Source: Akkermansia muciniphila
GTDB taxonomy: Bacteria; Verrucomicrobiota; Verrucomicrobiia; Chthoniobacterales; Chthoniobacteraceae
Assembly (NCBI GenBank): GCA_945906945.1
Contig: CAMDSZ010000001.1
Coordinates: 1 to 47,732 of the forward strand
Reading direction: 5' to 3'
Length of the DNA: 47,732 nucleotides
Made by a program: the position numbers and the translations under genes
Shown: one piece after another, positions 33,918 through 43,577 of the stretch
Layout of the letters: every line of letters starts with the position of its first letter
Position numbering within the stretch: the first letter of the stretch is position 1
Notes under the pieces: model-generated
Database searches by the model: none
Seen by the model: the letters and a program-made list of their open reading frames with translations, nothing else
What the model was told of the DNA's origin: nothing

Positions 33918-35285
33918 CTACAGGATCGCCGCATCCCCGTAAAGGGTGAAGCCGCTTGAGCGCGTCACGCGCACATCCAGCAGTTGGCCGTAGTGACGCC
34001 GATTTCCTTCAAAAATCACGATCTTGTTTTGTGGCGTGCGTCCGGACAGGCGCTGATCGTTGTTCTTGCTCAAGCCTTCGCATAGCACCTCCACATTCGT
34101 GCCCACCAATTCCTCGTGTTTTCTGATGACGATCGCGTTGAGCACGCCCAGGAGATCCTGGTTGCGCTCCTCTTTCACGGACTCGGGAAGTTGTTCCTCC
34201 ATCGTCGCAGCCGGGGTGTCGCGTCGCGGCGAGTACCGGAAGATGAATGCATTGTCGAACTCCACGCGCTTCACCATCTCGCGGGTTGCTGCGTAATCCT
34301 CGTCGGTTTCGCCGGGAAACCCGACGATAACATCCGTCGTCACCGCGATGTCCTTCCGCGCTTTGCGCAGCGCCTCCGTGAGGGCGAAGAATTTTTCGGC
34401 TGTGTAGCCCCGATGCATTTTCTTCAGAATCCTATCCGAGGCAGACTGCATTGGAAGGTGCACATGGGGCATCAGCTTTGGCAGGCGGCCGAAGGATTCC
34501 ACGAGGTCCGCCTTAAACCCGATGGGATGCGGTGAAGTAAAGCGCAGCCGCTCGAGACCGTCGACGGCGTGGACCGCCTCTAGGAGCTGCACAAAAGGAC
34601 TGATGCCGCCTACTTTTTCGAATTCGTGTCGGCCGTAAAGATTCACGATTTGTCCGAGCAGAGTGACTTCGCGCACTCCGTTTTCAACGAGTTTACGGAC
34701 CTCGTCGACGATCTCGGAAATCGGGCGGGAACGTTCAGAGCCGCGCGTGCTTGGAACGATGCAGAAGGTGCAGCGCATGTTGCAGCCCTGCATGATGGAG
34801 ACAAATGCTGTGGCCTGTCCGTCTTCCAGCACGTGTTCGCGGATGGTCTGCTGCGAGCCGGGTTCCTCTTCGATATCCACAATCGAGAGGCGCTGATCGT
34901 CCATGAGTCGGTCTCGCGAGCGCTGGCGGTGTTGCACGAGCTGGTCGACGTAGTCGGCGACCTTGTGAAATTTCTGCGTGCCTACAACGAGATCAACGTG
35001 GGCAATGTCCCTCACGAGCTCAGCCCCGCGGCTCTGCGCCATGCAACCGAGGAACCCGAACACCATCTCAGGCTTGTTCTGGCGCAGCCGGCTGAGGATG
35101 CCCATTTTTCCAAGGGCTTTTTGCTCGGCCATGTCCCGGACGCTGCAAGTGTTGAGCAAGACGACATCCGCCGAGCGCTCGCTTTGCGCGAGCTCGTAAC
35201 CGCGTGCCAGCAGATCGCGCGTGACCTGTTCGGAATCACGTTCGTTCATCTGGCAGCCGTAGGTTTTAATGAATACTTTGGGCAT
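33918..35285 (-). CDS. miaB: tRNA-2-methylthio-N6-dimethylallyladenosine synthase (radical SAM methylthiotransferase), 455 aa
   Basis: MPKVFIKTYGCQMNERDSE..., NTCSVRDMAEQK, radical-SAM MQGCNMRCTFCIVPSTRG, and a C-terminal TRAM-like region. The start was moved to the ATG at 35285 (track ORF extends to 35381). Confidence 0.9.
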   Translation of the reverse strand: MPKVFIKTYGCQMNERDSEQVTRDLLARGYELAQSERSADVVLLNTCSVRDMAEQKALGKMGILSRLRQNKPEMVFGFLGCMAQSRGAELVRDIAHVDLVVGTQKFHKVADYVDQLVQHRQRSRDRLMDDQRLSIVDIEEEPGSQQTIREHVLEDGQATAFVSIMQGCNMRCTFCIVPSTRGSERSRPISEIVDEVRKLVENGVREVTLLGQIVNLYGRHEFEKVGGISPFVQLLEAVHAVDGLERLRFTSPHPIGFKADLVESFGRLPKLMPHVHLPMQSASDRILKKMHRGYTAEKFFALTEALRKARKDIAVTTDVIVGFPGETDEDYAATREMVKRVEFDNAFIFRYSPRRDTPAATMEEQLPESVKEERNQDLLGVLNAIVIRKHEELVGTNVEVLCEGLSKNNDQRLSGRTPQNKIVIFEGNRRHYGQLLDVRVTRSSGFTLYGDAAIL

Positions 35286-35455
35286 AGCCGGAGTGCGAGC
35301 TTGCCACGGTTGGAGTTCGGAGTCTAATCCGGAGACGGTTTTGGGCGGGATCCGACAAATTTTGTGCCTGAGGAGGGGCAAAACCGATTTTGGGTTTGCA
35401 TCGGCCCGCGTCCAAACGGAGGTTCACTGCTTTTAGATCCAATTTTGATCCAATT

Positions 35456-36700
35456 ATGAGTTCTGCGCGCCGAGTTGTTGTAACAGGAATGGGAGTCATG
35501 AGTCCGGTGGGAGCCGACCTCGAGACTTTCTGGAAAAATCTGACCTCGGGAAAAAGCGGAATCGGACGCGTCACTCTCTTTGACATCACTGGTTACGACT
35601 GTCAGATCGCGGGCGAGGTGGATGGATTTGACCCGACCCAATGGTTCAAGGTTCCGAAGGATTCGCGCCGCGCGGATCGGTACGCGCAGCTTGCAATGGC
35701 CGCATCGAAGCTTGCGATGGCTGATGCGGGCCTCGAGGGCGCTCCGGGCAATCCCGAGCGTTTCGGGGTGATGATCGGGTCGGGAATCGGCGGGCTCAAG
35801 TCCCTCGAAGATCAGCACACCAACCTCATCACGAAGGGGCCCGGCCGCATCTCGCCCTTCATGATTCCCATGATGATCTCGAATATGGCGAGCGGCCTCG
35901 TGTCCATGGAGTACGGGCTCCAGGGGCCGAACTTCGCGCCTGTGTCGGCCTGCGCGACCTCCGCGCACGCGATCGGCGAAGCCTGGCGCATGATCCGGGA
36001 CGGTGACGCCGATGCCTTTCTCGCGGGCGGCTCAGAGGCCGCCGTTGTGCCGCTTGGACTGGGCGGTTTCGGGGCAATGAAAGCGCTCTCCACCCGTAAC
36101 GACGAGCCCGAGCGGGCCTCGAGGCCCTTCGACAAGGGGCGCGACGGATTCGTGATGGGCGAAGGCGCCGGCGTTCTGGTTCTGGAGGAGCTTGAGCATG
36201 CCAAAAAGCGGGGTGCGCGCATTTATTGCGAGCTGCTTGGATACGGCCTGACGGCCGACGCGTATCACATGACCTCGCCGCTTCCAAACGGCGAAGGAGC
36301 CCAGCGTTGCATGCGCATGGCATTGGCCAAGGCGGGTTTGAACATTGAAGACATCGACTACATCAACGCTCACGGCACCTCGACTCCGGTGGGGGATTTG
36401 TGCGAAGTGCGTGCTATCAAGGCCGTCTTTGGCGAACACGCGAAGAAGCTGGCCATCTCTTCCACCAAATCAATGACCGGACACCTCCTGGGTGCTGCCG
36501 GCGTGGTTGAGAGCGTTGCGTGTGCCATGAGTATTCGGACGGGCGTCGTGGCGCCCACGATCAATTTGGAAGATCCAGAGGAGGAGTGTGATTTGAACTT
36601 TACGGCGCTGACCGCCCAAGAGCGGCCGGTGCGGTTCGCCCTCAACAACAGCTTTGGGTTCGGCGGACACAATGCGTCCTTGGTGATCGGCGCGTTTTAG
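35456..36700 (+). CDS. fabF: 3-oxoacyl-ACP synthase II (KAS II), 414 aa
   Basis: MSSARRVVVTGMGVMSPVG..., active-site PVSACATSAHAIGEA, YINAHGTSTPVGD, SSTKSMTGHLLGAAG, NSFGFGGHNASLV. The start was moved to the ATG at 35456. Confidence 0.88.
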   Translation: MSSARRVVVTGMGVMSPVGADLETFWKNLTSGKSGIGRVTLFDITGYDCQIAGEVDGFDPTQWFKVPKDSRRADRYAQLAMAASKLAMADAGLEGAPGNPERFGVMIGSGIGGLKSLEDQHTNLITKGPGRISPFMIPMMISNMASGLVSMEYGLQGPNFAPVSACATSAHAIGEAWRMIRDGDADAFLAGGSEAAVVPLGLGGFGAMKALSTRNDEPERASRPFDKGRDGFVMGEGAGVLVLEELEHAKKRGARIYCELLGYGLTADAYHMTSPLPNGEGAQRCMRMALAKAGLNIEDIDYINAHGTSTPVGDLCEVRAIKAVFGEHAKKLAISSTKSMTGHLLGAAGVVESVACAMSIRTGVVAPTINLEDPEEECDLNFTALTAQERPVRFALNNSFGFGGHNASLVIGAF

Positions 36701-36930
36701 ACCGGCTCCACAGCGCCAAGATCGCTGTCCGGGGTGTCCCCCGCCGCGGCCTCCTCGGTCCTGAGGTTTCGCTGTGGGGTGCAAAACTTTTTGAATCAGC
36801 GGCTTTCGTCCTGGCGGCCGTCGCGTTGATGGTGATCCGCTTGAACTGCTGGTTGGGTTGGCGCATAGTTTTCGGCCCGAGCCGCGATTCCGCGCGGCGC
36901 GGTCTAACCTCTTCCATAAAAACCAGCCTT

Positions 36931-38646
36931 ATGACCTCTGAATCAAATGGTGCCAAACCCTTGAGCGCCAACGAGAACATCAAGACGCTTTCCAATCTTT
37001 TGCGCGGCAGCATCGCCGAGGATTTGAGGGATCCCTCCACTGGCGCCATTTCAGAGGAAAACAGCCAGCTCACCAAATTCCACGGCTTGTACCTTCAGGA
37101 CGATCGGGATCGGAGAAATGCGCTCAAAAAAGAGGGCAAGGAAAAAGCGTTTTCGTTCATGCTTCGCGTGCGCCTGCCCGGTGGAAAGGCGACCCCGCAA
37201 CAGTGGCTGGTGTTAGACAAGCTAGCGGGTGAGGTTGCCTCGCCATCGCTTCGCCTGACCACGCGCCAGACTTTTCAATTTCACGGCATTCTCAAGGGAA
37301 ACGTAAAGCCGCTGGTGCAGCGTATGCATAGCGTGCTGCTGGATTCGATCGCCGCGTGCGGTGACGTGAACCGCAACGTGATGGCACCGCCCAATCCGGA
37401 ATGCAGCGCGCATTTGCAGCAGGTTTACAACGATGCCCGTGCATGGAGCGAGTATTCGCTGCCAAAGACGCGTGCCTATCACGAGATCTGGCTCGACGAA
37501 GAAATGGTTGCGGGCGGCGAACCCGAGAATGAAACCATGTACGGAGCGACGTATTTGCCGCGCAAATTCAAGACGGGATTCGTGCTCCCGCCGTCCAACG
37601 ACGTGGACGTATTTTCGCAGGATTTGGGGTATATTGCGATCGTCGACGGCGATCGTTTGGTGGGCTACAACGTGACCGTTGGAGGAGGCCTCGGGATGAG
37701 CCATGGAAATGAGGAAACCTTCCCAAGGCTCGCAGATGTGCTCGGATTCATCACGCCTGACAAGGTCAACATCGTGGGCGATGCAGTGCTCACCACCCAG
37801 CGTGACCACGGGGACCGGACCAACCGCAAACACGCGCGCTTGAAGTACACGATCGAAGATCGCGGCATCGACTGGTTTCGCGCAGAAGTGGAGCGTCGTG
37901 CCGGTATCAAGTTTGAGCCCGCCCGCCCGTACGAATTCACCACGATCGAGGATCCGCACGGCTGGCACCAGTGCTTGGACGGAACTTGGTTTTATGGACT
38001 GCATATCTTGAGCGGCCGCATTCGCGATCTACCCGGATGGAATATGAAATCGGCCCTGCGCGAGATTGCCGAAATCCACACCGGCGATTTCCGCCTCACG
38101 CCCTCCCAGAATTTGACGATCTCTGGCGTGACAGACGCACAGAAACCTGTGATCGAGGCGATCCTTGGCCGCCACGGCCTCACGGGTGAGAACAACCGCT
38201 CCCGCCTCCGCTTGAACGCGCTTTCCTGCGTGGCTCTGCCCACCTGCGGACTGGCGCTTGCAGAAAGCGAGCGAGCACTTCCCGAGATCCTCTCGAAGTT
38301 CGAGTCCGTTTTGGACGAGGCCGGCTTGCGGGAAGACGCGATCAGTCTGCGGGTGACGGGATGCCCGAACGGGTGCGCGCGGCCATATCTCGCTGAGATT
38401 GGTTTTGTGGGACGCGCGCCGAACAAGTACGCACTTTACATTGGAGCAAAATACAACGGCACACGCTTGAACCGGCTCTACAGCCCCAGCGTGACCATTG
38501 ATTCCGCCGTTGAGATGCTGAAGCCGGTGATCAAGCGTTACGCTGTCGAGCGGAATGCAGGAGAAGGTTTCGGTGATTTCTGCGACCGCGCAGTGCTCCC
38601 AAAAGACGCAACATTCCATTCGGTTGGGACAGCCGCACAGGTTTAA
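36931..38646 (+). CDS. cysI: Assimilatory sulfite reductase hemoprotein (siroheme/[4Fe-4S]) beta-component, 571 aa
   Basis: Co-linear with my recollection of E. coli CysI: SNLLRGSIAEDL, FHGLYLQDDRD, RLTTRQTFQFHGILKGNVKP, YLPRKFKTGFV, VTTQRDHGDRTNRKHARLKYT, VERRAGIKFEP, RVTGCPNGCARPYLAEIG, AGEGFGDF. The start was moved to the ATG at 36931 so the N-terminus matches CysI length. Confidence 0.85.
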   Translation: MTSESNGAKPLSANENIKTLSNLLRGSIAEDLRDPSTGAISEENSQLTKFHGLYLQDDRDRRNALKKEGKEKAFSFMLRVRLPGGKATPQQWLVLDKLAGEVASPSLRLTTRQTFQFHGILKGNVKPLVQRMHSVLLDSIAACGDVNRNVMAPPNPECSAHLQQVYNDARAWSEYSLPKTRAYHEIWLDEEMVAGGEPENETMYGATYLPRKFKTGFVLPPSNDVDVFSQDLGYIAIVDGDRLVGYNVTVGGGLGMSHGNEETFPRLADVLGFITPDKVNIVGDAVLTTQRDHGDRTNRKHARLKYTIEDRGIDWFRAEVERRAGIKFEPARPYEFTTIEDPHGWHQCLDGTWFYGLHILSGRIRDLPGWNMKSALREIAEIHTGDFRLTPSQNLTISGVTDAQKPVIEAILGRHGLTGENNRSRLRLNALSCVALPTCGLALAESERALPEILSKFESVLDEAGLREDAISLRVTGCPNGCARPYLAEIGFVGRAPNKYALYIGAKYNGTRLNRLYSPSVTIDSAVEMLKPVIKRYAVERNAGEGFGDFCDRAVLPKDATFHSVGTAAQV

Positions 38647-38733
38647 AAAACAGGAGCAGCCGGCTTCGCATTGTGATCAGGCAGGCATTCTTGATCGCGG
38701 AGTCGGTGTTCTCTCTACGCACCCCTTGAAGTT

Positions 38734-40272
38734 ATGAGCCAACCCCAGACTGCAATCACTCCGCGCCGGGAAGAGGATTTTTCCGAATGGTACCAGCAGG
38801 TTGTTCGCGCCGCGGACCTCGCCGAGCCTTCAGATGTCCGTGGTTGCATGGTCATCAAACCCTGGGGATACGGCGTGTGGGAGCAGATGCAGGGCGCTCT
38901 CGATGCCATGTTCAAGGCAACGGGCCACAAGAACGCGTACTTTCCACTCTTTATCCCGCTCTCGTACCTCGCGAAGGAAGCAGAGCACGTCGACGGGTTT
39001 GCCAAGGAATGCGCCGTGGTGACACATCACAGGCTTGAAGTCGGGCCCGATGGAGCACTGCGTCCCGCGCCGTCTGCGGAATTGACCGAGCCCTTGATCG
39101 TGCGGCCTACGAGCGAGACCATCATTGGCGCCACCTATGCCAAGTGGGTGCAAAGTTATCGCGACCTGCCGATCCTCATCAATCAATGGGCTAATGTGGT
39201 CCGCTGGGAAATGCGGCCCCGGATTTTTTTGCGGACGGCGGAGTTTCTTTGGCAGGAAGGCCACACGGCGCATGAAACCGATGTCGAGGCCGTGGAGGAA
39301 ACCGAGAGGATGCTGGGCGTGTATGCCAAGTTTGCGCGCGAGCATTTGGCGTTGCCGGTTTACACGGGAGAAAAAAGCGCCGGAGAGCGTTTTCCGGGTG
39401 CAGTGCAGACCCTCACCATCGAGACAATGGTGCAGGATCGGAAGGCGATCCAGGCCGGAACCTCGCATTTCCTCGGGCAGAATTTTGCGAAGGCGAGCGG
39501 CATTCGTTTCTTATCCAGAACAAACACGCAGGAGTACGCGTGGACCACGAGCTGGGGCGTGAGCACTCGGTTGATTGGGACGGTGATCATGGCGCACGGT
39601 GACGATGACGGTGTAGTTCTGCCACCGCGCGTTGCTCCCTCGCAGATCGTGATTTTGCCGGTCACACCTAAGGAAGATACCAAAGCCGCCGTGCTCGATG
39701 CTGCGCACAAGCTTGCTTCTCGTTTGCGCGAACAGCGCTTCCATGGCGATCTGTTGCGCGTTGAAGTGGACACGCGCGACATCGGTGGTGGGACCAAGAG
39801 CTGGGAATGGATCAAAAAAGGCGCGCCGGTTCGCATTGAAATCGGGCCGCGTGATTTGGAAAAAGGATCGGTTGCATTGGCGCGTCGCGATCGCGGTCCG
39901 AAGGAGAAGACGTTCCCAACCGTTGACGAGTGTGTTGAGGGAATCACCGTGGTGTTGCAGGAAATTCAGGACGGTTTGCTCGCGAAGGCGACCGCTTACC
40001 GCGATGCAAACACGGTGCGGATTGATACGAAGGAAGATTTCTATGCGTTTTTCACCCCGAAGAATGCTGAAAAACCTGAGATTCACGCCGGTTTCGCTCT
40101 TGCGCACTGGAACGGATCGGTGGAGGTGGAGAAGCAGATCAAGGAGGATTTGAAGGTGACCATCCGCTGCATCCCTACGGCCGGCCAAATCCCTGGCGCA
40201 GAAGAGCCCGGACGCTGTGTGATTACGGGAGAGCCGAGTCCGCGGCGGGTGCTTTTTGCTAAGTCGTATTGA
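38734..40272 (+). CDS. proS: Proline-tRNA ligase, archaeal/Thermus-type (class IIa), 512 aa
   Basis: [17 protein letters not shown]...[19 protein letters not shown]..., [78 protein letters not shown], and the C-terminal ...RVLFAKSY characteristic of this ProRS type. Confidence 0.95.
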   Translation: [512 protein letters not shown]

Positions 40273-40284
40273 ATCATTTTCTAA

Positions 40285-40318
40285 GATTCCGGTCCCGAAT
40301 CGGAATCATCTGTTTGAA
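40285..40318 (+). terminator. Weak candidate intrinsic terminator after proS
   Basis: 7-bp stem GATTCCG (40285..40291) / CGGAATC (40301..40307) with a 9-nt loop, followed by ATCTGTTTG. The stem is short and the U-tract poor. Confidence 0.25.
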
Positions 40319-40353
40319 AGAAGCGTTGCTCCCTTGTTAACCACAATCCTCTT

Positions 40354-41472
40354 ATGACTTCAGCCATCCCCGTCGAACACAACGATCCGGTCAACGCGCA
40401 GATTCTTGCGATATCCGAGGACAAGATTCAGGGGTTTGTCAGAGAGCCTTTCGAGGAAATCGCGAGGCTTTCGGGAGTCGCATTGGACGTGGTCGTTGAG
40501 CGGATCCGCGCAATGCTTGAAGCGGGAACGATCCGCCGCGTTCGCCAGACTTTGATCGCGCCGAACCTCGCGCACGGCGCGCTTGTCGCGTGGCGTGTCG
40601 CAGAGGAGAAACTCAACAGTGCCTTTGATTTCATGTTTCAGCAGGATCCGTTTAGCGGTCACGTGGTGGTCCGCTCAACCGACCAGCAAACCAAAGGCTC
40701 AGAGTACCGGCTTTGGACCACTTTGAAGGTGCCCGTGGGCACCTCGATGGATGAGCATTGCGAGGTGTTGATGAAGCACACCGGTTGCGAGAAGTACAAG
40801 CTGATGCCGGCCAAAGGCATCTTTGCACTCGGCGTGGGACACGTCAGGCGAAAGGCCGTCGAGCCTGGGGATAGGATTGAAATGCCCGCGCAAATGATGC
40901 CCGTTCAAAGCATCAATTTGAGTGATCTGGATTGGAAGGTGCTTCTTGCTTTGAAGCGTGAGTTTGAAGTTTCGGAAATCGGATCGCACCCTTGGGTCGC
41001 GAGGGCGGCGGAGGCGGGAGTCAGCGTGGACGAGTTCTTCGCCACAGCAGAGAGCCTCCAGCAGCGCAAAGTGATTGGGCGTTTTTCTACCTTCCTTGAG
41101 CACGTGAAGCCCTCGCAAACCGGAGTGCGTGTCACACGCTTCAATGCGCTTTTCCACTGGGCGGTGCCTGCGGGCCGCGAGGTGGAGGCGGGCGGTGAGG
41201 TTGGCCGGCACGAGGTGCTCACTCACTGCTACTGGCGCGAGGGCGGCCCGGATTTTAATAACGTCAATATCATGTCCGTCGCACACGGGACCGAGAAGGA
41301 CCGCGTGCTCTTGCACAAGGCTGCAATTGACGCGCATCTAGCCGCATGCGGAATTCCCGTGGCGTACACCAACGTCTTCTGGGGCGGCCGCAGCGAGATC
41401 AAGCCTTCGGAGATTTCGCCGGTGATCCACAAGGAGTGGATGGCGCGAATGAGAGCGAGCGCTCCTGCTTAA
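40354..41472 (+). CDS. Tandem AsnC/Lrp-fold protein resembling fused siroheme decarboxylase subunits (NirDL/NirGH/AhbAB-like), 372 aa
   Basis: There are two similar halves. Half 1: REPFEEIARLSGVALDVVVERIRAMLEAGTIRRV...GALVAWRV...FSGHVVVRS...YRLWTTLKV. Half 2: SHPWVARAAEAGVSVDEFFATAESLQQRKVIGRFSTFL...NALFHWAV...VLTHCYWRE...NIMSVAH. The layout (winged-helix segment, 'G.IRR' strand, ligand-domain 'H.Y.R....LW') matches my recollection of siroheme decarboxylase subunits. A plain Lrp/AsnC-like regulator cannot be excluded. Confidence 0.5.
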   Translation: MTSAIPVEHNDPVNAQILAISEDKIQGFVREPFEEIARLSGVALDVVVERIRAMLEAGTIRRVRQTLIAPNLAHGALVAWRVAEEKLNSAFDFMFQQDPFSGHVVVRSTDQQTKGSEYRLWTTLKVPVGTSMDEHCEVLMKHTGCEKYKLMPAKGIFALGVGHVRRKAVEPGDRIEMPAQMMPVQSINLSDLDWKVLLALKREFEVSEIGSHPWVARAAEAGVSVDEFFATAESLQQRKVIGRFSTFLEHVKPSQTGVRVTRFNALFHWAVPAGREVEAGGEVGRHEVLTHCYWREGGPDFNNVNIMSVAHGTEKDRVLLHKAAIDAHLAACGIPVAYTNVFWGGRSEIKPSEISPVIHKEWMARMRASAPA

Positions 41473-41504
41473 ATCGCGTTGCTGTGCGGCTTGAGAATCC
41501 GTTC

Positions 41505-42107
41505 TTAGCCGATGTCGGGGTTTCTTGACAGCCAAGTTTGGAACGCCTCTAGGGCTCTCGCCCTGTGGCTGACGGCGTTCTTGATTTCCGACGAGAGCAC
41601 GCCGAAGGAGTCCGTGTGTCCCTCCGGCACGAACAACGAATCGTAGCCGAATCCCCCCGTGCCCTGCTCGTCTGTGAGTAACCTGCCTTCGCACACCCCT
41701 TGAAAAAGACCGCGGATCTCGCCCGCTTGTGCAAGTGCGAGGACGCAATGGAAGCGGCCTCCTCTGGATTGTGTTTCAAGATGGGCGGCCATTTCCTGTA
41801 GCAGGCGCGCGCGGTTTTCCGCATCGGAGCTGTTCGGGCCGGCGTACCTCGCTGAGATCACACCCGGGGCGCCGTTGAGCGCGTCAACTGCCAGTCCTGA
41901 ATCATCGGCAAGCACCCAGCCGTCGAATCGCTGTGACGCTGCCAGCGCCTTGATCGCCGCATTCTCTGCAAAGGTGCTGCCGGTCTCTTCGGGAGAGACG
42001 ATTTCGGGATGCGAACACAAATCGCTGACATTCCAGCGGTCGCCCAGAACGGCTTTGAACTCTTCGGTTTTATGAGCGTTTTTTGTGGCGATAAGCAGCT
42101 TCGGCAT
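41505..42107 (-). CDS. rdgB: Non-canonical purine NTP pyrophosphatase (dITP/XTP pyrophosphatase, RdgB/HAM1), 200 aa
   Basis: MPKLLIATKNAHKTEEFKAVLG...EETGSTFAENAAIKA...VLADDSGLAVDALNGAPGVISARYAG...GGFGYDSLF...SHRARAL. The second in-frame ATG (42107) was preferred over the track start at 42122. Confidence 0.9.
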   Translation of the reverse strand: MPKLLIATKNAHKTEEFKAVLGDRWNVSDLCSHPEIVSPEETGSTFAENAAIKALAASQRFDGWVLADDSGLAVDALNGAPGVISARYAGPNSSDAENRARLLQEMAAHLETQSRGGRFHCVLALAQAGEIRGLFQGVCEGRLLTDEQGTGGFGYDSLFVPEGHTDSFGVLSSEIKNAVSHRARALEAFQTWLSRNPDIG

Positions 42108-42243
42108 CACGTCTGAATACACGACGATGCATGATCAGCCGATTGGAAAAATTCCGTCGTTTGAAACTGCACCGTAAACATCTTCGGCACCCAGGGCATG
42201 CGGGCTTTGAATCCCAAAAAGGGAAGCTGCTAGAGTGGAGCCC

Positions 42244-43431
42244 CTAGAGGCGCGGCCGGATCAACTCAAGAGTCAGCAGTCCGTAGGACGTTACCAAGGC
42301 CGCGTCCTTTTCCATCCAGCGTCCGGTATCATTCAACCAAAAGCCCGAGGCGTCCTGCCGGTTGATGAGCTCGATGGCGAGTTCGCGCGCCCAGTCGTGC
42401 GATTTTCCAGCAGCCTCGAACGTCTGCGTTTCGCTTGCGACAAGCGCCTTCGCCATGAGGTGGTAGTAGTAATACAGACCCTGCTTACCCAAACCGGGAT
42501 TCTCTTCTAAAGTGAAGTTGTTTTGAAGCCACCCCAGCGCCGCCTGTATTCGCTGGTCTTGCTTGGAAACATCCGCGTAGATGAATGAAAGCAGCCCCGC
42601 GTAGCTCATCGAGCCGGAACTTCTCAGGGCCTTGCGGCCGCCTTTTTCTTCCAATTCTCCTGCGTTGCTGAAGCCCGGATAATACACAAAACCTCCGCGC
42701 TCCGAGGGGGACTCGGAAACCCACTCCTGCGGGTTCGTTGCTGAAAGATTCTGGCAGCGCGAAACAAAGGCGATCGCTGCCGCCCAATCGAGGCGGGAGC
42801 TTTTGGAAGTGTTCTCCTTCGTCGTTTCGGCAAGCTCGAATGCCCTGAGTGCTTCCAGTGAAATCATTGTGTTATCCAAGTCCGGGTGTTGCCGCTTAGG
42901 GCTGACTCCCGTCGGACCGTATCCGATACCTCCATTCAATTCTGGGCGTACCATTTGATCCGCTTGCTGTCGGATGAGAAAATCCTTCGCATGACGAATG
43001 ATTGACGCGTCCTGCGGATCGCCAAGCTGCAGGAATGCCAACAGCGCTATGGCGGTGTTATAGTTGCTCAAGCCCTCTGCGTAAATTCCGCCATCAGGCT
43101 TTACGTGGGTCCGCAGAAAACTAAATCCTTTTTGAATATTTGGGGTCGCATTAATCGATTCAGTGACCTGCGCGCGCAGAAGAGAAAGGAGTGATAGCGC
43201 TGTAATAGCAGGGTTTCGCGGGTCGCTCCAAGCGCCCGTCTCGTTCTGCTGCGCCGCCAACCAGCGGGCACCGCGCGCCACTGTTTCCGCCACCTCATGC
43301 TGCAGGGAGCCATTTGCCTGGACCTTCGCCTCCGGTTGCACCGCGATTGCGCAGTCGATGTACCAGAGTGAAAGAGTGAAGCTAACAACGATGCAGTATG
43401 TCGTGCGAAAGACCGGGGCAGTGCTTTTCAT
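42244..43431 (-). CDS. Secreted prenyltransferase/squalene-oxidase-repeat (alpha/alpha-toroid, terpenoid-cyclase-like) protein, 395 aa
   Basis: Signal-like N-terminus (TYCIVVSFTLSLWYIDCAIA). Repeated QQ..GAW / GG..Y motifs (AAQQNETGAWSD, KPDGGIYAEG, RQDASGFWLND) are typical of the prenyltransferase and squalene oxidase repeat. Confidence 0.6.
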   Translation of the reverse strand: MKSTAPVFRTTYCIVVSFTLSLWYIDCAIAVQPEAKVQANGSLQHEVAETVARGARWLAAQQNETGAWSDPRNPAITALSLLSLLRAQVTESINATPNIQKGFSFLRTHVKPDGGIYAEGLSNYNTAIALLAFLQLGDPQDASIIRHAKDFLIRQQADQMVRPELNGGIGYGPTGVSPKRQHPDLDNTMISLEALRAFELAETTKENTSKSSRLDWAAAIAFVSRCQNLSATNPQEWVSESPSERGGFVYYPGFSNAGELEEKGGRKALRSSGSMSYAGLLSFIYADVSKQDQRIQAALGWLQNNFTLEENPGLGKQGLYYYYHLMAKALVASETQTFEAAGKSHDWARELAIELINRQDASGFWLNDTGRWMEKDAALVTSYGLLTLELIRPRL

Positions 43432-43577
43432 AAACCGTGTTTATTCCTGCAGACTTGAGCCGTCAAACCGGATGCAGCGGCTTTCGAGTAATGGGTGTGA
43501 CCATTTCGATCGTCATACTCTTCTCGGATTGATCGCCTGGTCGAGAAGTGTGAAGGTAGACCGACACCCATTTTTAC

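Noticed and set aside
35301-35328. Sigma-70-like promoter TTGCCA-N16-TCTAAT on the + strand in the miaB/fabF divergent intergenic region.
   Set aside because: It is a plausible match, but promoter consensus in this lineage is unknown to me and such hexamer pairs occur by chance. It cannot be supported without TSS data.
36708-36792. Structured region after the fabF stop: CCACAGCG (36708..36715) can pair with CGCTGTGG (36770..36777), enclosing the hairpins ACAGCG-N7-CGCTGT and GGGG-TGT-CCCC, with a T5 run at 36788..36792. Considered as a terminator or as a riboswitch in the 230-nt cysI leader.
   Set aside because: The T-run is 10 nt away from the stem, so this is not a canonical intrinsic terminator. 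I could not recognise any known riboswitch core (e.g. SAM-I/II) in the leader.
30474-41337. Shadow ORFs opposite or overlapping well-identified genes: 30474..31253 (-), 30929..31528 (-), 34626..35327 (+), 35324..35968 (-), 37222..38004 (-), 38029..38619 (-), 38830..39468 (-), 39511..40188 (-) and 40699..41337 (-).
   Set aside because: Each overlaps a gene with strong family-level sequence signatures (ThuA-like, miaB, fabF, cysI, proS, siroheme-decarboxylase-like). None has motifs of its own.
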